This document shows, one piece after another, positions 48,975 to 58,604 of a DNA stretch of 64,000 nt. Both the position numbers and the translations under genes were made by a program. This stretch comes from Spirochaetia bacterium (GTDB lineage: Bacteria > Spirochaetota > Spirochaetia > UBA9216), in assembly GCA_963675665.1 (NCBI GenBank), contig OY776510.1, positions 1,760,001-1,824,000 on the forward strand, given 5' to 3'. The notes below the pieces were generated by a model that worked only from the letters and a program-made list of their open reading frames with translations, was not told where the DNA came from and did no database searches. Numbering within the stretch: the first letter of the stretch is position 1; each line of letters opens with the position of its first letter.

Positions 48975-49652
48975 ATGACATACAAAGGAATAATCTTTGA
49001 TTTCAACGGGACCCTTATATGGGACACCCCGCTTCACAAGGAAGCATGGCTTAGGTTCAGTCGTGAGCTTGACGTTGAACTGACGGAAAAGCGCTACTAT
49101 AATGATGTTCACGGGCGGTCTACGAAAAATATACTGGAACTTCTTCTGGAACGTAAACTGGGCTCCGATGAATACGAATATCTTTCAAATCGAAAAGAGT
49201 CTTTATACATGCAGGCCTGTCTTGATAACCCGGATATTTACTGTTTTGCGCCGGGGGTTAACGATTTTCTCGATTACCTTGTAAAAAAGAATATTCCAAG
49301 AACAATCGCAACAGCCTCCGACAGGCAGAACCTTGATTTTTTTATTGAAACCCTTGAACTTAACCGCTGGTTTGATACCGAACTGTTTGCCTATGACGAC
49401 GGGCACATTAAGAACAAGCCTGAACCGGACCTTTATCATAAAGCCGCAGAGAAACTCGGAACTGAAGTTGAATCGCTTGTTGTAGTTGAGGATACATTTT
49501 TCGGTGTTCTTGCCGCCAAAAACGCAGGCGCCGGCTACCTTATAGTAACCGGACCTGCCGAAGACCAGCATGATGAATTGGACGGTCTGGAGGGGATTGA
49601 CCAGTTTATTTCCGACTTTACCGAGATTGATAGAAATCTATTTTCCGTGTAA
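48975..49652 (+). CDS. HAD family phosphatase
   Basis: FDFNGTL.D, IAT, KPEPD, VVED. Confidence 0.88.
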   Translation: MTYKGIIFDFNGTLIWDTPLHKEAWLRFSRELDVELTEKRYYNDVHGRSTKNILELLLERKLGSDEYEYLSNRKESLYMQACLDNPDIYCFAPGVNDFLDYLVKKNIPRTIATASDRQNLDFFIETLELNRWFDTELFAYDDGHIKNKPEPDLYHKAAEKLGTEVESLVVVEDTFFGVLAAKNAGAGYLIVTGPAEDQHDELDGLEGIDQFISDFTEIDRNLFSV

Positions 49653-51009
49653 CAAACATCAGGAAACCTGTTATTGCAAATACTCCGGAAGAGCCGATTA
49701 GAAGCGCCCAGTCTTCCGACTGAAGTGTAATAAAAAGAAACAGATACACACTTATCATAACCGGTGTAATATACCAGGCTTTTTTATCTTTCCCTAGGAC
49801 CGAATAAGTATACAACCCCAGCATAAGAGTGACTGCTGCGGATGATACCAGGTAAGAGAGGTTGAAACTTATGTGTTCTGAAAATGAAAGAAGAAGCAGG
49901 AAGAAAATTATATTCGCTGTTCCGGCAAGAATATACTGAATAATATGAATTTTACGGTTGAAAAAATGCTCAAACATGAACAGGGTTATAAACGGGATAA
50001 GGATAAACAAAACTGCGTATTTTGCAGCCCGTTCGTTCTGTTCGTAATGATCATGCACATTTATAAGATCAGTCCGAATATATGAAGTTGAGGTGTCTTC
50101 AGGGTAGTAACAGTCCGCAGAATATTCATTATAGGCAAGGTTTCCCGGGGCAGTTTTTTCATTCCAGCTGACAGGCAGTCCGCTGCTCAGGCTGCTACAG
50201 TTCCATTCCGCGCTGAAGCCGGTTTCGGTAATAACATGATTGTCCGGCAGACATAATCCGCTGAACGACGGGGAAGGCCAGTTTCCCTGTATTTCAGCCC
50301 TGTTTACGGTGCCCAGCGGAAGGAAGGCAACTGTTTCGGCGCCGCCTACTGCTATTATAATATTAAATTTTACAGGAAGGTCCGATTCCCCGGTTTCACT
50401 TTGCACCGGCGATAAAGAATAAATCCCCCCTGAATCAAGTCCGAGTCCCCGGTCCCCGGGCAGAAAACTCAGCCCGGCATCCTGCCATAAAGCCGTCTCA
50501 ACATTTTTTATTCCTTTCTGGTTGAAGAAGGGTATTACCAGCTCGGCTTGTTCCGGAAACAGTTTTTCATTGTCCGCTGTATCAGCTCCGATTTTTTCCG
50601 GCAGAAAGCTGCCTTCCAGATAAAGGCTGCCAGTGAACACGGGTGTATAGAAAATGCCCCGGTACTTGTTTTCGGTATCCAGTATAATTTTAATGTTGAG
50701 GTTTTCAGGCGTATACCACTGGCTGAACTCTTCATCGTGAAATTCACTTGTAGTTCTGCCCTCGCTGCTTACATAGACCTTTTCAATGCGCCTGATTCCG
50801 GGGACTTTCAGCACCGGTCCTGAAAATCTTAACGTGCCTCCGGCTGCGGACGAAATTTCCTGTTTAACCTCTGAAGCCCTCCAGGCTCTTTCGGTAATCA
50901 GAGATCTGACCATCGACAGCGGAGCCAGCATGACCAGAGTCAGAACAATAAGAATCAGAGCCTTGAAACCCTGGGTTTCAGTGATATTTGAAATCAGTTT
51001 TTTCATCAT
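49618..51009 (-). CDS. creD: Cell envelope integrity protein CreD
   Basis: ER...V, RGIF.TPV, WPSPSF.G, RAAKYA.LFI, H.IQY, SFSEHI.F. Confidence 0.9.
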   Translation of the reverse strand: MMKKLISNITETQGFKALILIVLTLVMLAPLSMVRSLITERAWRASEVKQEISSAAGGTLRFSGPVLKVPGIRRIEKVYVSSEGRTTSEFHDEEFSQWYTPENLNIKIILDTENKYRGIFYTPVFTGSLYLEGSFLPEKIGADTADNEKLFPEQAELVIPFFNQKGIKNVETALWQDAGLSFLPGDRGLGLDSGGIYSLSPVQSETGESDLPVKFNIIIAVGGAETVAFLPLGTVNRAEIQGNWPSPSFSGLCLPDNHVITETGFSAEWNCSSLSSGLPVSWNEKTAPGNLAYNEYSADCYYPEDTSTSYIRTDLINVHDHYEQNERAAKYAVLFILIPFITLFMFEHFFNRKIHIIQYILAGTANIIFFLLLLSFSEHISFNLSYLVSSAAVTLMLGLYTYSVLGKDKKAWYITPVMISVYLFLFITLQSEDWALLIGSSGVFAITGFLMFVTRKIDFYQSR

Positions 51010-51064
51010 ATCTCCTGTTTGATAATGTTGATACCTATCATAATTGTAAAATACAGCTCAAAGC

Positions 51065-51091
51065 AGGCAGAATTTAGGCAAAATCAAGGCA
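51065..51091. promoter_or_regulatory. OmpR-family binding site (three direct repeats)
   Basis: AGGCA at 51065, 51076 and 51087 (11-bp period) between creD and the response regulator. Confidence 0.6.
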
Positions 51092-51130
51092 GTTGCTTGC
51101 AGTTCGGCAGCTATGTGATATTGTATTCTT

Positions 51131-51814
51131 ATGCATACCGTAGCCGTAATTGATGATGAAAGAAATATACGAAGCCTGATTAACCTTGCATTGGGGAAGG
51201 AAGGCTATAATGTTACAGAGTATTCCGATGGAGAGTCCGCCTGGATCGGACTGCAGACCGGGATGCCCGATGTGATTGTTCTGGATATAATGATGCCGAG
51301 GATGAACGGACTTGAGCTGTGCCGCAGAATAAAAGAAGTGAACCCTTCTGTTCCCGTTATATTCCTTTCCTCAAGGGATGATGAGTACGACAAAGTGCTC
51401 GGACTTGATTCCGGCGGAGATGATTATGTATGTAAACCGTTCAGCATGATGGAGCTTACGGCAAGAATCAGGGCGGCGGTAAGGCGGTCGGGAGCAGCGT
51501 TCCAGACTACAGGCGCCGTATACGACATAGAATGCGGACCTTTATCAATGTGTACGCCGGAGCTGGCAGTAAGCTGGAAGGGGGCCCAGATAAAATTATC
51601 AGTGACTGAATACAGGATCCTGTGCTTGCTTGCTTCCGCCCCCGGAACGGTACGCACCCGGGAGCAGCTTATGGAGGCCGCGTTTCCTGAAGATTCCTAC
51701 GTTAACGAAAGAGCCGCAGACAGTCATATCAAGCGGATTCGCAGGAAAATCAAGGATGTTGATCCTGATGCTGAAATCATTGAAGCTGTTTACGGTTTGG
51801 GTTACAGGCTTTGA
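51131..51814 (+). CDS. OmpR-family response regulator (ChvI-like)
   Basis: DDERNI, LDIMMP, DDY..KPF, DSHIKRIRRK, YGLGYR. Confidence 0.93.
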   Translation: MHTVAVIDDERNIRSLINLALGKEGYNVTEYSDGESAWIGLQTGMPDVIVLDIMMPRMNGLELCRRIKEVNPSVPVIFLSSRDDEYDKVLGLDSGGDDYVCKPFSMMELTARIRAAVRRSGAAFQTTGAVYDIECGPLSMCTPELAVSWKGAQIKLSVTEYRILCLLASAPGTVRTREQLMEAAFPEDSYVNERAADSHIKRIRRKIKDVDPDAEIIEAVYGLGYRL

Positions 51815-51827
51815 ACGGGAAAAGAAT

Positions 51828-53396
51828 ATGCTGAGACCCAGGCTGCGCTTCCGCAGAATATCGGTAAAACTGCTCGCATTCAACATCCTGCTCCTGTCTC
51901 TGCCGATGGTCAGTCTGCTGTATCTTGATACGTATGAGAGGCAGCTCCTGCGGGCGCAGGAGAATTCGATGATTCAGCAGGGACGGCTGCTGAGCGCCGC
52001 ACTTAACGGTTCGGCGGCCCTTGAAGAAGATGCTGCGCTGATTCTTAAAAACCTGAAAAACAGAGGGGTTTCAAGAATCAGGATTGTCGATTCACACGGC
52101 CGCCTTTTGGCCGACAGCGCGCAGCCGGTAGAACCCCCTGTTACGGCTGAGTCTAAATACTGGCGGACCGACGTCTCTACCTCGGCTGAAGAAACCTTGT
52201 TGTATCGGGCCGCGGTTTACCCGCTGAATGCTGTTAAAAAACTGTTGTTTCCGCCGGCCCCTGATTTGGGCAGCGGGGAATATTACAGCGGAAAGTCTGT
52301 ATTTGACGGTCCCGAGATTACGGTTGCCCTTGACGGACGCTACGGCGCGTCCACCAGACTTTCAAGCGGCGGACAGCGTTCGATTAACCTTTATTCGGCA
52401 ATTCCCGTTTTTGCTGAACCGGAAGAGCTTACCGTAACCGGCGCGGTCCTGGTTTCCCGTTCGACATACCAGATTCTCAGTTATCTGTATGAATTCAGGC
52501 TTGATATTATTCGAATATTCGTAATCTTTCTTGCTGTTTCAGTTGTCATATCATTCTCTCTGGCAATGAGCATAACGGTTCCGGTTGTACGACTGAAGAA
52601 CGAGGCGGGTAAAATTCTGGACGAATCAGGAAATTTTCGCAGCCATTTTACCGGGTCCAGGCGGCAGGATGAAATCGGCGAACTTTCCAGATCGCTTACA
52701 ATGCTGAGCACCGAACTTGAAAACAAGATGGACTTCATCAACCGGTTTACAGCAGACATGCTTCACGAGCTTAAAAATCCCCTGTCCGCAATAAAAGGAG
52801 CGGCACAAATGGCCCTTGCCGCTGAAGGAACAGAAGGCAGTTTTGATTTAAGGTCCATGATGAATCATATTCTTAATGAAGAGAAACGAATGGAACGTCT
52901 GTTATCCGAGTTGAGAAAACTGAGCAGTCTTGAGAATCGTATTGAAAATGAGCAGACGGAGGATGTAGATGTCTCTGCAGTATTGCCTGTGATTCTTGAA
53001 CGCTATCCGGGTATTGTTTTCCGGGATAATTCCATGGACGGCTTAAAAGTGAGAATAAATGTAGACAGGTTTGTTCAGGCTGTTACCAATCCTGTTGATA
53101 ATGCGGTTTCGTTTAATTCCGATAGCAATGCAGTCAGCGTGTATCTCGATGAACGCGCAGGGTTCTGTGTTATAACGGTAGAGGATAATGGTCCGGGCCT
53201 TTCGGAAAAAAGCCGGGCGAGGGTTTTTGAACGGTTTTATTCCGAACGTAGCGAAACCGACCGAAACGAGCATTCCGGGTTAGGCCTTTCTATCGTCAAA
53301 TCAATCACCAGCTATTACGGAGGCCGGTGCAGTATAGAGAACAGGCCCTCGGGAGGGTGCCGCTTTAAACTGGAATTCCCTGTTTGTGCCGTATAA
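51828..53396 (+). CDS. Sensor histidine kinase (ChvG/CreC-like)
   Basis: LLAFN.L...LYLD.YE..L, HAMP DEIGELS, HELKNPL, DNGPG, GLGL. Confidence 0.92.
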   Translation: MLRPRLRFRRISVKLLAFNILLLSLPMVSLLYLDTYERQLLRAQENSMIQQGRLLSAALNGSAALEEDAALILKNLKNRGVSRIRIVDSHGRLLADSAQPVEPPVTAESKYWRTDVSTSAEETLLYRAAVYPLNAVKKLLFPPAPDLGSGEYYSGKSVFDGPEITVALDGRYGASTRLSSGGQRSINLYSAIPVFAEPEELTVTGAVLVSRSTYQILSYLYEFRLDIIRIFVIFLAVSVVISFSLAMSITVPVVRLKNEAGKILDESGNFRSHFTGSRRQDEIGELSRSLTMLSTELENKMDFINRFTADMLHELKNPLSAIKGAAQMALAAEGTEGSFDLRSMMNHILNEEKRMERLLSELRKLSSLENRIENEQTEDVDVSAVLPVILERYPGIVFRDNSMDGLKVRINVDRFVQAVTNPVDNAVSFNSDSNAVSVYLDERAGFCVITVEDNGPGLSEKSRARVFERFYSERSETDRNEHSGLGLSIVKSITSYYGGRCSIENRPSGGCRFKLEFPVCAV

Positions 53397-53510
53397 AACA
53401 CAGAACAGCTTCTTTTTTTTTGTTTTTATAAAAAAATATGTAACTTTTGATATGTTAAATTATTTATTAAATGGAGGGGGGGAGATTATATAATTCTTTT
53501 TGGAGGAAGT

Positions 53511-54146
53511 ATGAAAAAGGTCGTTTTGATGGTTCTATTCGTAGTTTTGATTCTACCTCTTGGTCTTTTTGCAGCAGATGACTATGGATTCACTTACGGA
53601 GATTGGGAAATCGTTGGAAACAGGGTTTTTCAGAATGATGTTGAAACAGGTATAGCAAAAGCCTGGCTGAGGTATCCTCAGAAAGGTGTTGTTGAATATA
53701 ATTTCAATGTCAGATATGAGGACGGTTTTTTGGATGACCAGCATGCCGGTTTCGGTCTGCACATCTTTGTTGACAAGCCTGCAAAGGGTTTCAGCTGGGG
53801 AGAAGGAAAGTCTTACCTGTTATGGTTGAACTATGATGCAAATCCTGTTTCAAAGGATATACCCGCCGGACTCAGTGCCCAGATTTATAAAAGCAATGCA
53901 AACTGGGATATGGAATTGGTTGAGTCCGTCAGCCTTTCGGCTCTTGAGAAAGCTATTTTAAAATATCCGAAAAGCACCAAGGTGCCTATCAAAATAGTCG
54001 CAGACGGCAGGACCGGAATAATTAAACTTTATGATCCCGTTAATGCCGGGCTGTTTTATACCCTTAAACTCGGTAACTGGATGCCGTTATCGGGTGATTA
54101 CGTAACGCTTAGAACAAACAGCGGAGCATTCAGCTTCGGTTATTAA
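53511..54146 (+). CDS. Exported hypothetical protein
   Basis: GGAGG RBS, signal peptide, beta-rich sequence, own terminator. Confidence 0.75.
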   Translation: MKKVVLMVLFVVLILPLGLFAADDYGFTYGDWEIVGNRVFQNDVETGIAKAWLRYPQKGVVEYNFNVRYEDGFLDDQHAGFGLHIFVDKPAKGFSWGEGKSYLLWLNYDANPVSKDIPAGLSAQIYKSNANWDMELVESVSLSALEKAILKYPKSTKVPIKIVADGRTGIIKLYDPVNAGLFYTLKLGNWMPLSGDYVTLRTNSGAFSFGY

Positions 54147-54157
54147 GTAATACCAAA

Positions 54158-54194
54158 TAAAAAAACCGCATCTTTTCGGGATGCGGTTTTTTTA
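54158..54194. terminator. Bidirectional intrinsic terminator
   Basis: AAAAAAACCGCATC...GATGCGGTTTTTTT. Confidence 0.85.
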
Positions 54195-54243
54195 TGGGCG
54201 GCTGTTCTGAATCACAAGCCGATTATCTCTAAAGTTATTACAT

Positions 54244-54708
54244 CTAAAGTTCATTGGCATATGCGGTCAGTTTTTCCGTCCAGACGTCGCTTTTCCTTTC
54301 GAAGTCTGAAAATTGAACTGTTTTTACAGGAGCCCCGCCTGTTTCGGTCAGTTTTTCAAGTACTTTGTCCTGACCGCTGCCCGAGAATGTAAGCAGGTAT
54401 GATACGTTCCTGAATTTTTCTTTGTTGGTTGAGAGATATTTACGGATAGGCGGGGTAATGTTTGAGGCCCAGACTGGACCGCATACTATAACCAGGTTAT
54501 AGTCTTCCGGTTTTTCTTCCGGCTCTATTATATCAACCGGTTCTTCTTTCATTGCGAGTCTGCCGCCTGCAAGCCAGCCGAAAGGTCCCTTGAAACTCTT
54601 TTTCGAAATTATTTCGGCAAGGTCACAGTCAAGATATTCAGCCAGTTTTTTCGCTACTTTTCTGGTTGAACCCGATCTTGAATAGTACACAACTAATTTG
54701 TCCGGCAT
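54244..54708 (-). CDS. Flavodoxin family protein
   Basis: VYYSRSGSTR, GPVWA. Confidence 0.85.
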   Translation of the reverse strand: MPDKLVVYYSRSGSTRKVAKKLAEYLDCDLAEIISKKSFKGPFGWLAGGRLAMKEEPVDIIEPEEKPEDYNLVIVCGPVWASNITPPIRKYLSTNKEKFRNVSYLLTFSGSGQDKVLEKLTETGGAPVKTVQFSDFERKSDVWTEKLTAYANEL

Positions 54709-54722
54709 ATTCAGTCCTCCAT

Positions 54723-56060
54723 TCAATTCAGATATTTGTTATTGTTTCTGATATTTTCTATACAATTAAAAAATACACCCAGTTCATAAGCAAGATCAAG
54801 TATGGTATACCTGTTTCTCATACACTGAGCTTTAGCAAAAGCCGACACTGCAGTTTTCCGGCTCATGTTGATTTCTTCAGGTGAAACAGGGCATCCGGCG
54901 GTTTTAAGCATCTGTCTGAGCTTGTCATAATCAGGAAGTTTTGCCTCTACCTTACTTTTCAGTTCTCCCCATCCTGCCTTAATGCGGATGAGCCTGGTCC
55001 GTAACTGCTGCTGATCAAGGTGTTTTTGTCTGCAGATTTCAATATATTCCCTCCATGACGGCAGATTTTCCATAAGTTGTTCTATTTCGACAGTGCGCCG
55101 CTCCCACGGGGGGTATGCGGCAACTGCTGTTTCGATATCAATATCATCAGCATTCAACGAGAAGACTTCGGTCATAAGAGCGCTGACGCAGCAGATTCCG
55201 ACAGAAACCTGAAACCCGTGGGATACCGGGTTTCCGTCAGCGCCGAGATGCCCGGACATTTCCCAGATGTGGCTCAGCAGATGCTCCGCCCCCGAGGCTG
55301 CTCTTGAACGTCCCAGGATTTGCATTGCCAGCCCGCTGAGGTTGAGACCTTCAAAGACATCGGACAGTTTTTCCGATTTGCCTGCCGCAAGGGCTTCCGG
55401 GGCGTCAAGCCATTTGTCAAGATTCGGCTGGATTATATTCCAGACGTTTAAGTCAATCGGATCAGCTCCTGTAAAATCAGCGATTATCCAGTCGGCGCCT
55501 GCGGTGAGTTTGCTGGCCAGGTCTCCAAAGCCGGCGGCTGACGCTTCGGGGGGAGCTGTTCCCAGAATGCGTGTGTCCGCTATAACAGCTTTGGGGGCAG
55601 GGCATTCCATTGTCTGTTTTCTGCCGTTTCTGGTCAGTGCTGCACCTGAAGAACAATATCCGTCCATTGATGCGGCTGTGCCTATGCAGAGGTAAGTCCT
55701 GTCAAGCTCGAATGCTGCACGTTTGACAAGATCGTTTATGGTTCCGGAACCGACTGATACGGGGATTATTTTCCTGTTTTGTCCGATCCTTTCCTTTATC
55801 GCCCGTGTGTTTGTATAATCAGCCTGAAGCCGGGGTTGTGCATTGAATATTAGCGGGGGTGCGGTTTTAATTCCTGCAGAACCGAAAAGATTTTCTGCTG
55901 TCATGCCGGCCGCAGCCCATGTGTTTTCATCAGCAACAATCATGGCGGTGCCCTGTGGCCAGTAGGTTTTGAAACATTCGGGGCATTTATCAATTACGCC
56001 TTCGCCGAAAATCAGTTCGTCTGTATCTTTTGTCTGTGAAAGTATCTGATCGAATTTCAT
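54723..56060 (-). CDS. sn-glycerol-1-phosphate dehydrogenase family protein
   Basis: VADENT, GSGTINDL.K, TAASMDG, GD..SK, SGAEH..SH, HG. Confidence 0.88.
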   Translation of the reverse strand: MKFDQILSQTKDTDELIFGEGVIDKCPECFKTYWPQGTAMIVADENTWAAAGMTAENLFGSAGIKTAPPLIFNAQPRLQADYTNTRAIKERIGQNRKIIPVSVGSGTINDLVKRAAFELDRTYLCIGTAASMDGYCSSGAALTRNGRKQTMECPAPKAVIADTRILGTAPPEASAAGFGDLASKLTAGADWIIADFTGADPIDLNVWNIIQPNLDKWLDAPEALAAGKSEKLSDVFEGLNLSGLAMQILGRSRAASGAEHLLSHIWEMSGHLGADGNPVSHGFQVSVGICCVSALMTEVFSLNADDIDIETAVAAYPPWERRTVEIEQLMENLPSWREYIEICRQKHLDQQQLRTRLIRIKAGWGELKSKVEAKLPDYDKLRQMLKTAGCPVSPEEINMSRKTAVSAFAKAQCMRNRYTILDLAYELGVFFNCIENIRNNNKYLN

Positions 56061-56176
56061 ACGGCATAATATCATAAAATACACTTGATTTTTACCCGCT
56101 ATTCGATAAACTTATCGATAAGGGAAGGCTTTTTAATGTTTGAAACTTTTGAAATGCCGACCATAATGTAACGGAG

Positions 56177-57841
56177 ATGATATTTATGTATAGCGGCAGT
56201 CTGGCTGACTCTCTGCAGTTGGCAATTTCTGTAAACTGTTTAACCCTTCTTGTGATCATAACGGCAATCTACCTGGGGTACTTTTTGCAGACTAAAGAAA
56301 AAGCATTTTTCGCCGGGGCGTTTGTTACTTTCAACATAATGCTGTTTGTCCTGGCTGAGACCATTATTATAATAACCGGATGGGTTGATAATGTCTTTCT
56401 TGGAAGGCAGCTTCACCGGCTGGAGCAGATCCCTATTTTTCTTTTTCTTGCAACTCTGCCATATTTCTTAATATATGCATTTCCTGCAAAGGGCGCGGTT
56501 AAAAGGATTCTGGAACTGTTTTTCTGGGTCGGATTGGCAATAACCGCGGCAATATCAATTGCCGCGTATGTATTTCCGGATTCACTTGTTTCCGTTGCTG
56601 CGCCTTCAGTGACACCGGCTGCATCTCCGGGTGATTTTACAAGAGGGCTTGAAGGTTCATTGTTTGTTGTGCGGGATATCATGCTGGCGGTTTATATCAT
56701 GCTGGCGCTGCTGTATTCGATTTACTATCTGGTCAAAAAGAACCCCAATTTTCAGAGTTTGATGCTTTTTCTCGGAATTCTCATGGCCATCTTCGGCGGG
56801 GCAGATGATCTGCAATACTTCTATACAGGCAAGAATCTTTTGTTTAACGGTTTGCGTTTTTCAAGATTTGTTCTCTGTTCAACAATTATGCTTCTTTTCT
56901 TTGTTGCCGCTGTTTTCAGCAAATACTTCAAGTCGCATACAATGCTTGAAAAAACAACCCACGATTTGGCAGTTTCGGAAAACAAGTATTCTCTTCTGAT
57001 GGATGCAGCTAATGAAATAATGTTTTCGCTTTCGGAGGATCTTACTATCATTACAGCAAATTCCAAGGCTTCGCAGTTATTCAGGCTTACCGAAGACAAT
57101 GTAAATTTTATGGATTGTCTCTATCACAGTGATTATGAATCAAAGGCAGACGATACCTTCTTTCGTGAGCAACTGCTTGAGCTTCGGGAAAACGGAAAAA
57201 AATTATCTCTCAATACATATATAATGGATCCGGTAACACGGGAACCGGTTGAATATCACTTCAGGTTTGACTGTTTTTATGATGATGAGAACCTGGAACT
57301 GATAGGCAGGGCCTGGCCTACTGCATCGTCAAAGCTGATGGATTTTATCGGAACGGAAAGACTGTCGCTTGGTGTAGATAATTATATTACTATGGTCGGT
57401 GATATAGTTGACCGGCTGACTGCAAATACAAAAAGGTGCCTCGATGAAGGCGACGTGATGATGATGAAAATGGGACTTCAGGAGATGATTGTCAATGCTA
57501 TGGAGCATGGAAACCTGAACGTAACGTTTGATGAAAAAACAAAGGCCCAGGAAGAAGGGCGGCTGTTTGAGTTTATGAGTGAACGTCGTCAGTTGCCGGA
57601 ATTTCGGGACAAAAAAGTCAATATAGATTATTATTTTGATGAAACCAAGGTTATCTACCGTATTACCGATATGGGCGAAGGTTTTGATTATCATAAAATA
57701 ATGGACAGGGTAAAGAACGAAGTTAACCAGCAGGAGCTTTCTCACGGACGCGGGATAATAATGACTCAGGCTGTTTTTGACAAGGTTGAATACAACGATA
57801 AAGGCAATCAGGTTCTTCTTGTGAAAGAATTTGCCAAATAA
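56177..57841 (+). CDS. Multi-TM sensor with PAS-like and RsbW-type HATPase domain
   Basis: About 7 TM; E...NAMEHGN, D.GEGFD, HGRGI, GN; no HisKA His box. Confidence 0.78.
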   Translation: MIFMYSGSLADSLQLAISVNCLTLLVIITAIYLGYFLQTKEKAFFAGAFVTFNIMLFVLAETIIIITGWVDNVFLGRQLHRLEQIPIFLFLATLPYFLIYAFPAKGAVKRILELFFWVGLAITAAISIAAYVFPDSLVSVAAPSVTPAASPGDFTRGLEGSLFVVRDIMLAVYIMLALLYSIYYLVKKNPNFQSLMLFLGILMAIFGGADDLQYFYTGKNLLFNGLRFSRFVLCSTIMLLFFVAAVFSKYFKSHTMLEKTTHDLAVSENKYSLLMDAANEIMFSLSEDLTIITANSKASQLFRLTEDNVNFMDCLYHSDYESKADDTFFREQLLELRENGKKLSLNTYIMDPVTREPVEYHFRFDCFYDDENLELIGRAWPTASSKLMDFIGTERLSLGVDNYITMVGDIVDRLTANTKRCLDEGDVMMMKMGLQEMIVNAMEHGNLNVTFDEKTKAQEEGRLFEFMSERRQLPEFRDKKVNIDYYFDETKVIYRITDMGEGFDYHKIMDRVKNEVNQQELSHGRGIIMTQAVFDKVEYNDKGNQVLLVKEFAK

Positions 57842-57874
57842 GGTAACATTAATAACATAATAGCGAGGTAGAAA

Positions 57875-58444
57875 ATGAAAGTAATCGGGATAAACGGAAG
57901 CCCGAGAAAAGACGGAAATACTTATGCGATGATAAATACTGTCTTCAGTGTGCTGGAATCCAAAGGTATTGATTGTGAGATGTTCCAGCTCGGCGGCAAT
58001 GCTCTAAGAGGCTGCACCGGCTGCAACTGGTGTAAAGACCATAAAGAGGGCCGCTGCGTAATAGAAAGCGACTGTATTAACGATGCCATCAGAAAGATGG
58101 TTGAGGCAGATGCGGTAATTATCGGATCGCCTACCTATTTTGCGGCCCTCACAACCGAGACCAAGGCTTTAATTGATCGCGCAGGAAGAATTTGCCGTTC
58201 ACAGGGGCTTCTGCGTCGAAAGGTGGGTGCCGCCGTGACCCCGGCAAGACGCGCAGGGACCCTGAATGTATTTCAGGCGATAAACAATTTCTTTCTGGTT
58301 CAGGAAATGATCGTGCCGGGCTCTTCATACTGGAATGTAGGTATGGCGGCCGGTCCGGGAGATTTTGATAATGATGCCGAAGGGGTTGGGATAATGACTA
58401 CCCTGGGTGAAAACATTGCATGGCTGCTTGAAAAGACAAACTGA
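57875..58444 (+). CDS. Iron-sulfur flavoprotein / NADPH-dependent FMN reductase family
   Basis: GSPRKDGNT, CTGCNWC...C, GSPTYF, KALIDR. Confidence 0.92.
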   Translation: MKVIGINGSPRKDGNTYAMINTVFSVLESKGIDCEMFQLGGNALRGCTGCNWCKDHKEGRCVIESDCINDAIRKMVEADAVIIGSPTYFAALTTETKALIDRAGRICRSQGLLRRKVGAAVTPARRAGTLNVFQAINNFFLVQEMIVPGSSYWNVGMAAGPGDFDNDAEGVGIMTTLGENIAWLLEKTN

Positions 58445-58506
58445 TTAATTCTGTTGATATAGATTTAAATACATAACTTCACTTTTCTTTTTTGTAATAT
58501 TTTATC

Positions 58507-58550
58507 TTGACAAATCAAAATTTTGCTTTCATAATAAATGAAACGTTTCA
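58507..58550 (+). promoter_or_regulatory. Sigma70 promoter with LacI operator
   Basis: TTGACA-N17-CATAAT followed by palindrome TGAAACGTTTCA. Confidence 0.82.
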
Positions 58551-58604
58551 AAATACGATTCAATTTTGTATAATTTTATTGGGGGTAGTATAAAAGCGTT
58601 TACC

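Noticed and set aside
51630-51827. N-terminal extensions given by the ORF track (also at 16091, 20671, 29035, 32175, 43947, 48226, 60781)
   Set aside because: They overlap neighbouring genes or structured leaders; downstream starts have an RBS or family-typical N-termini
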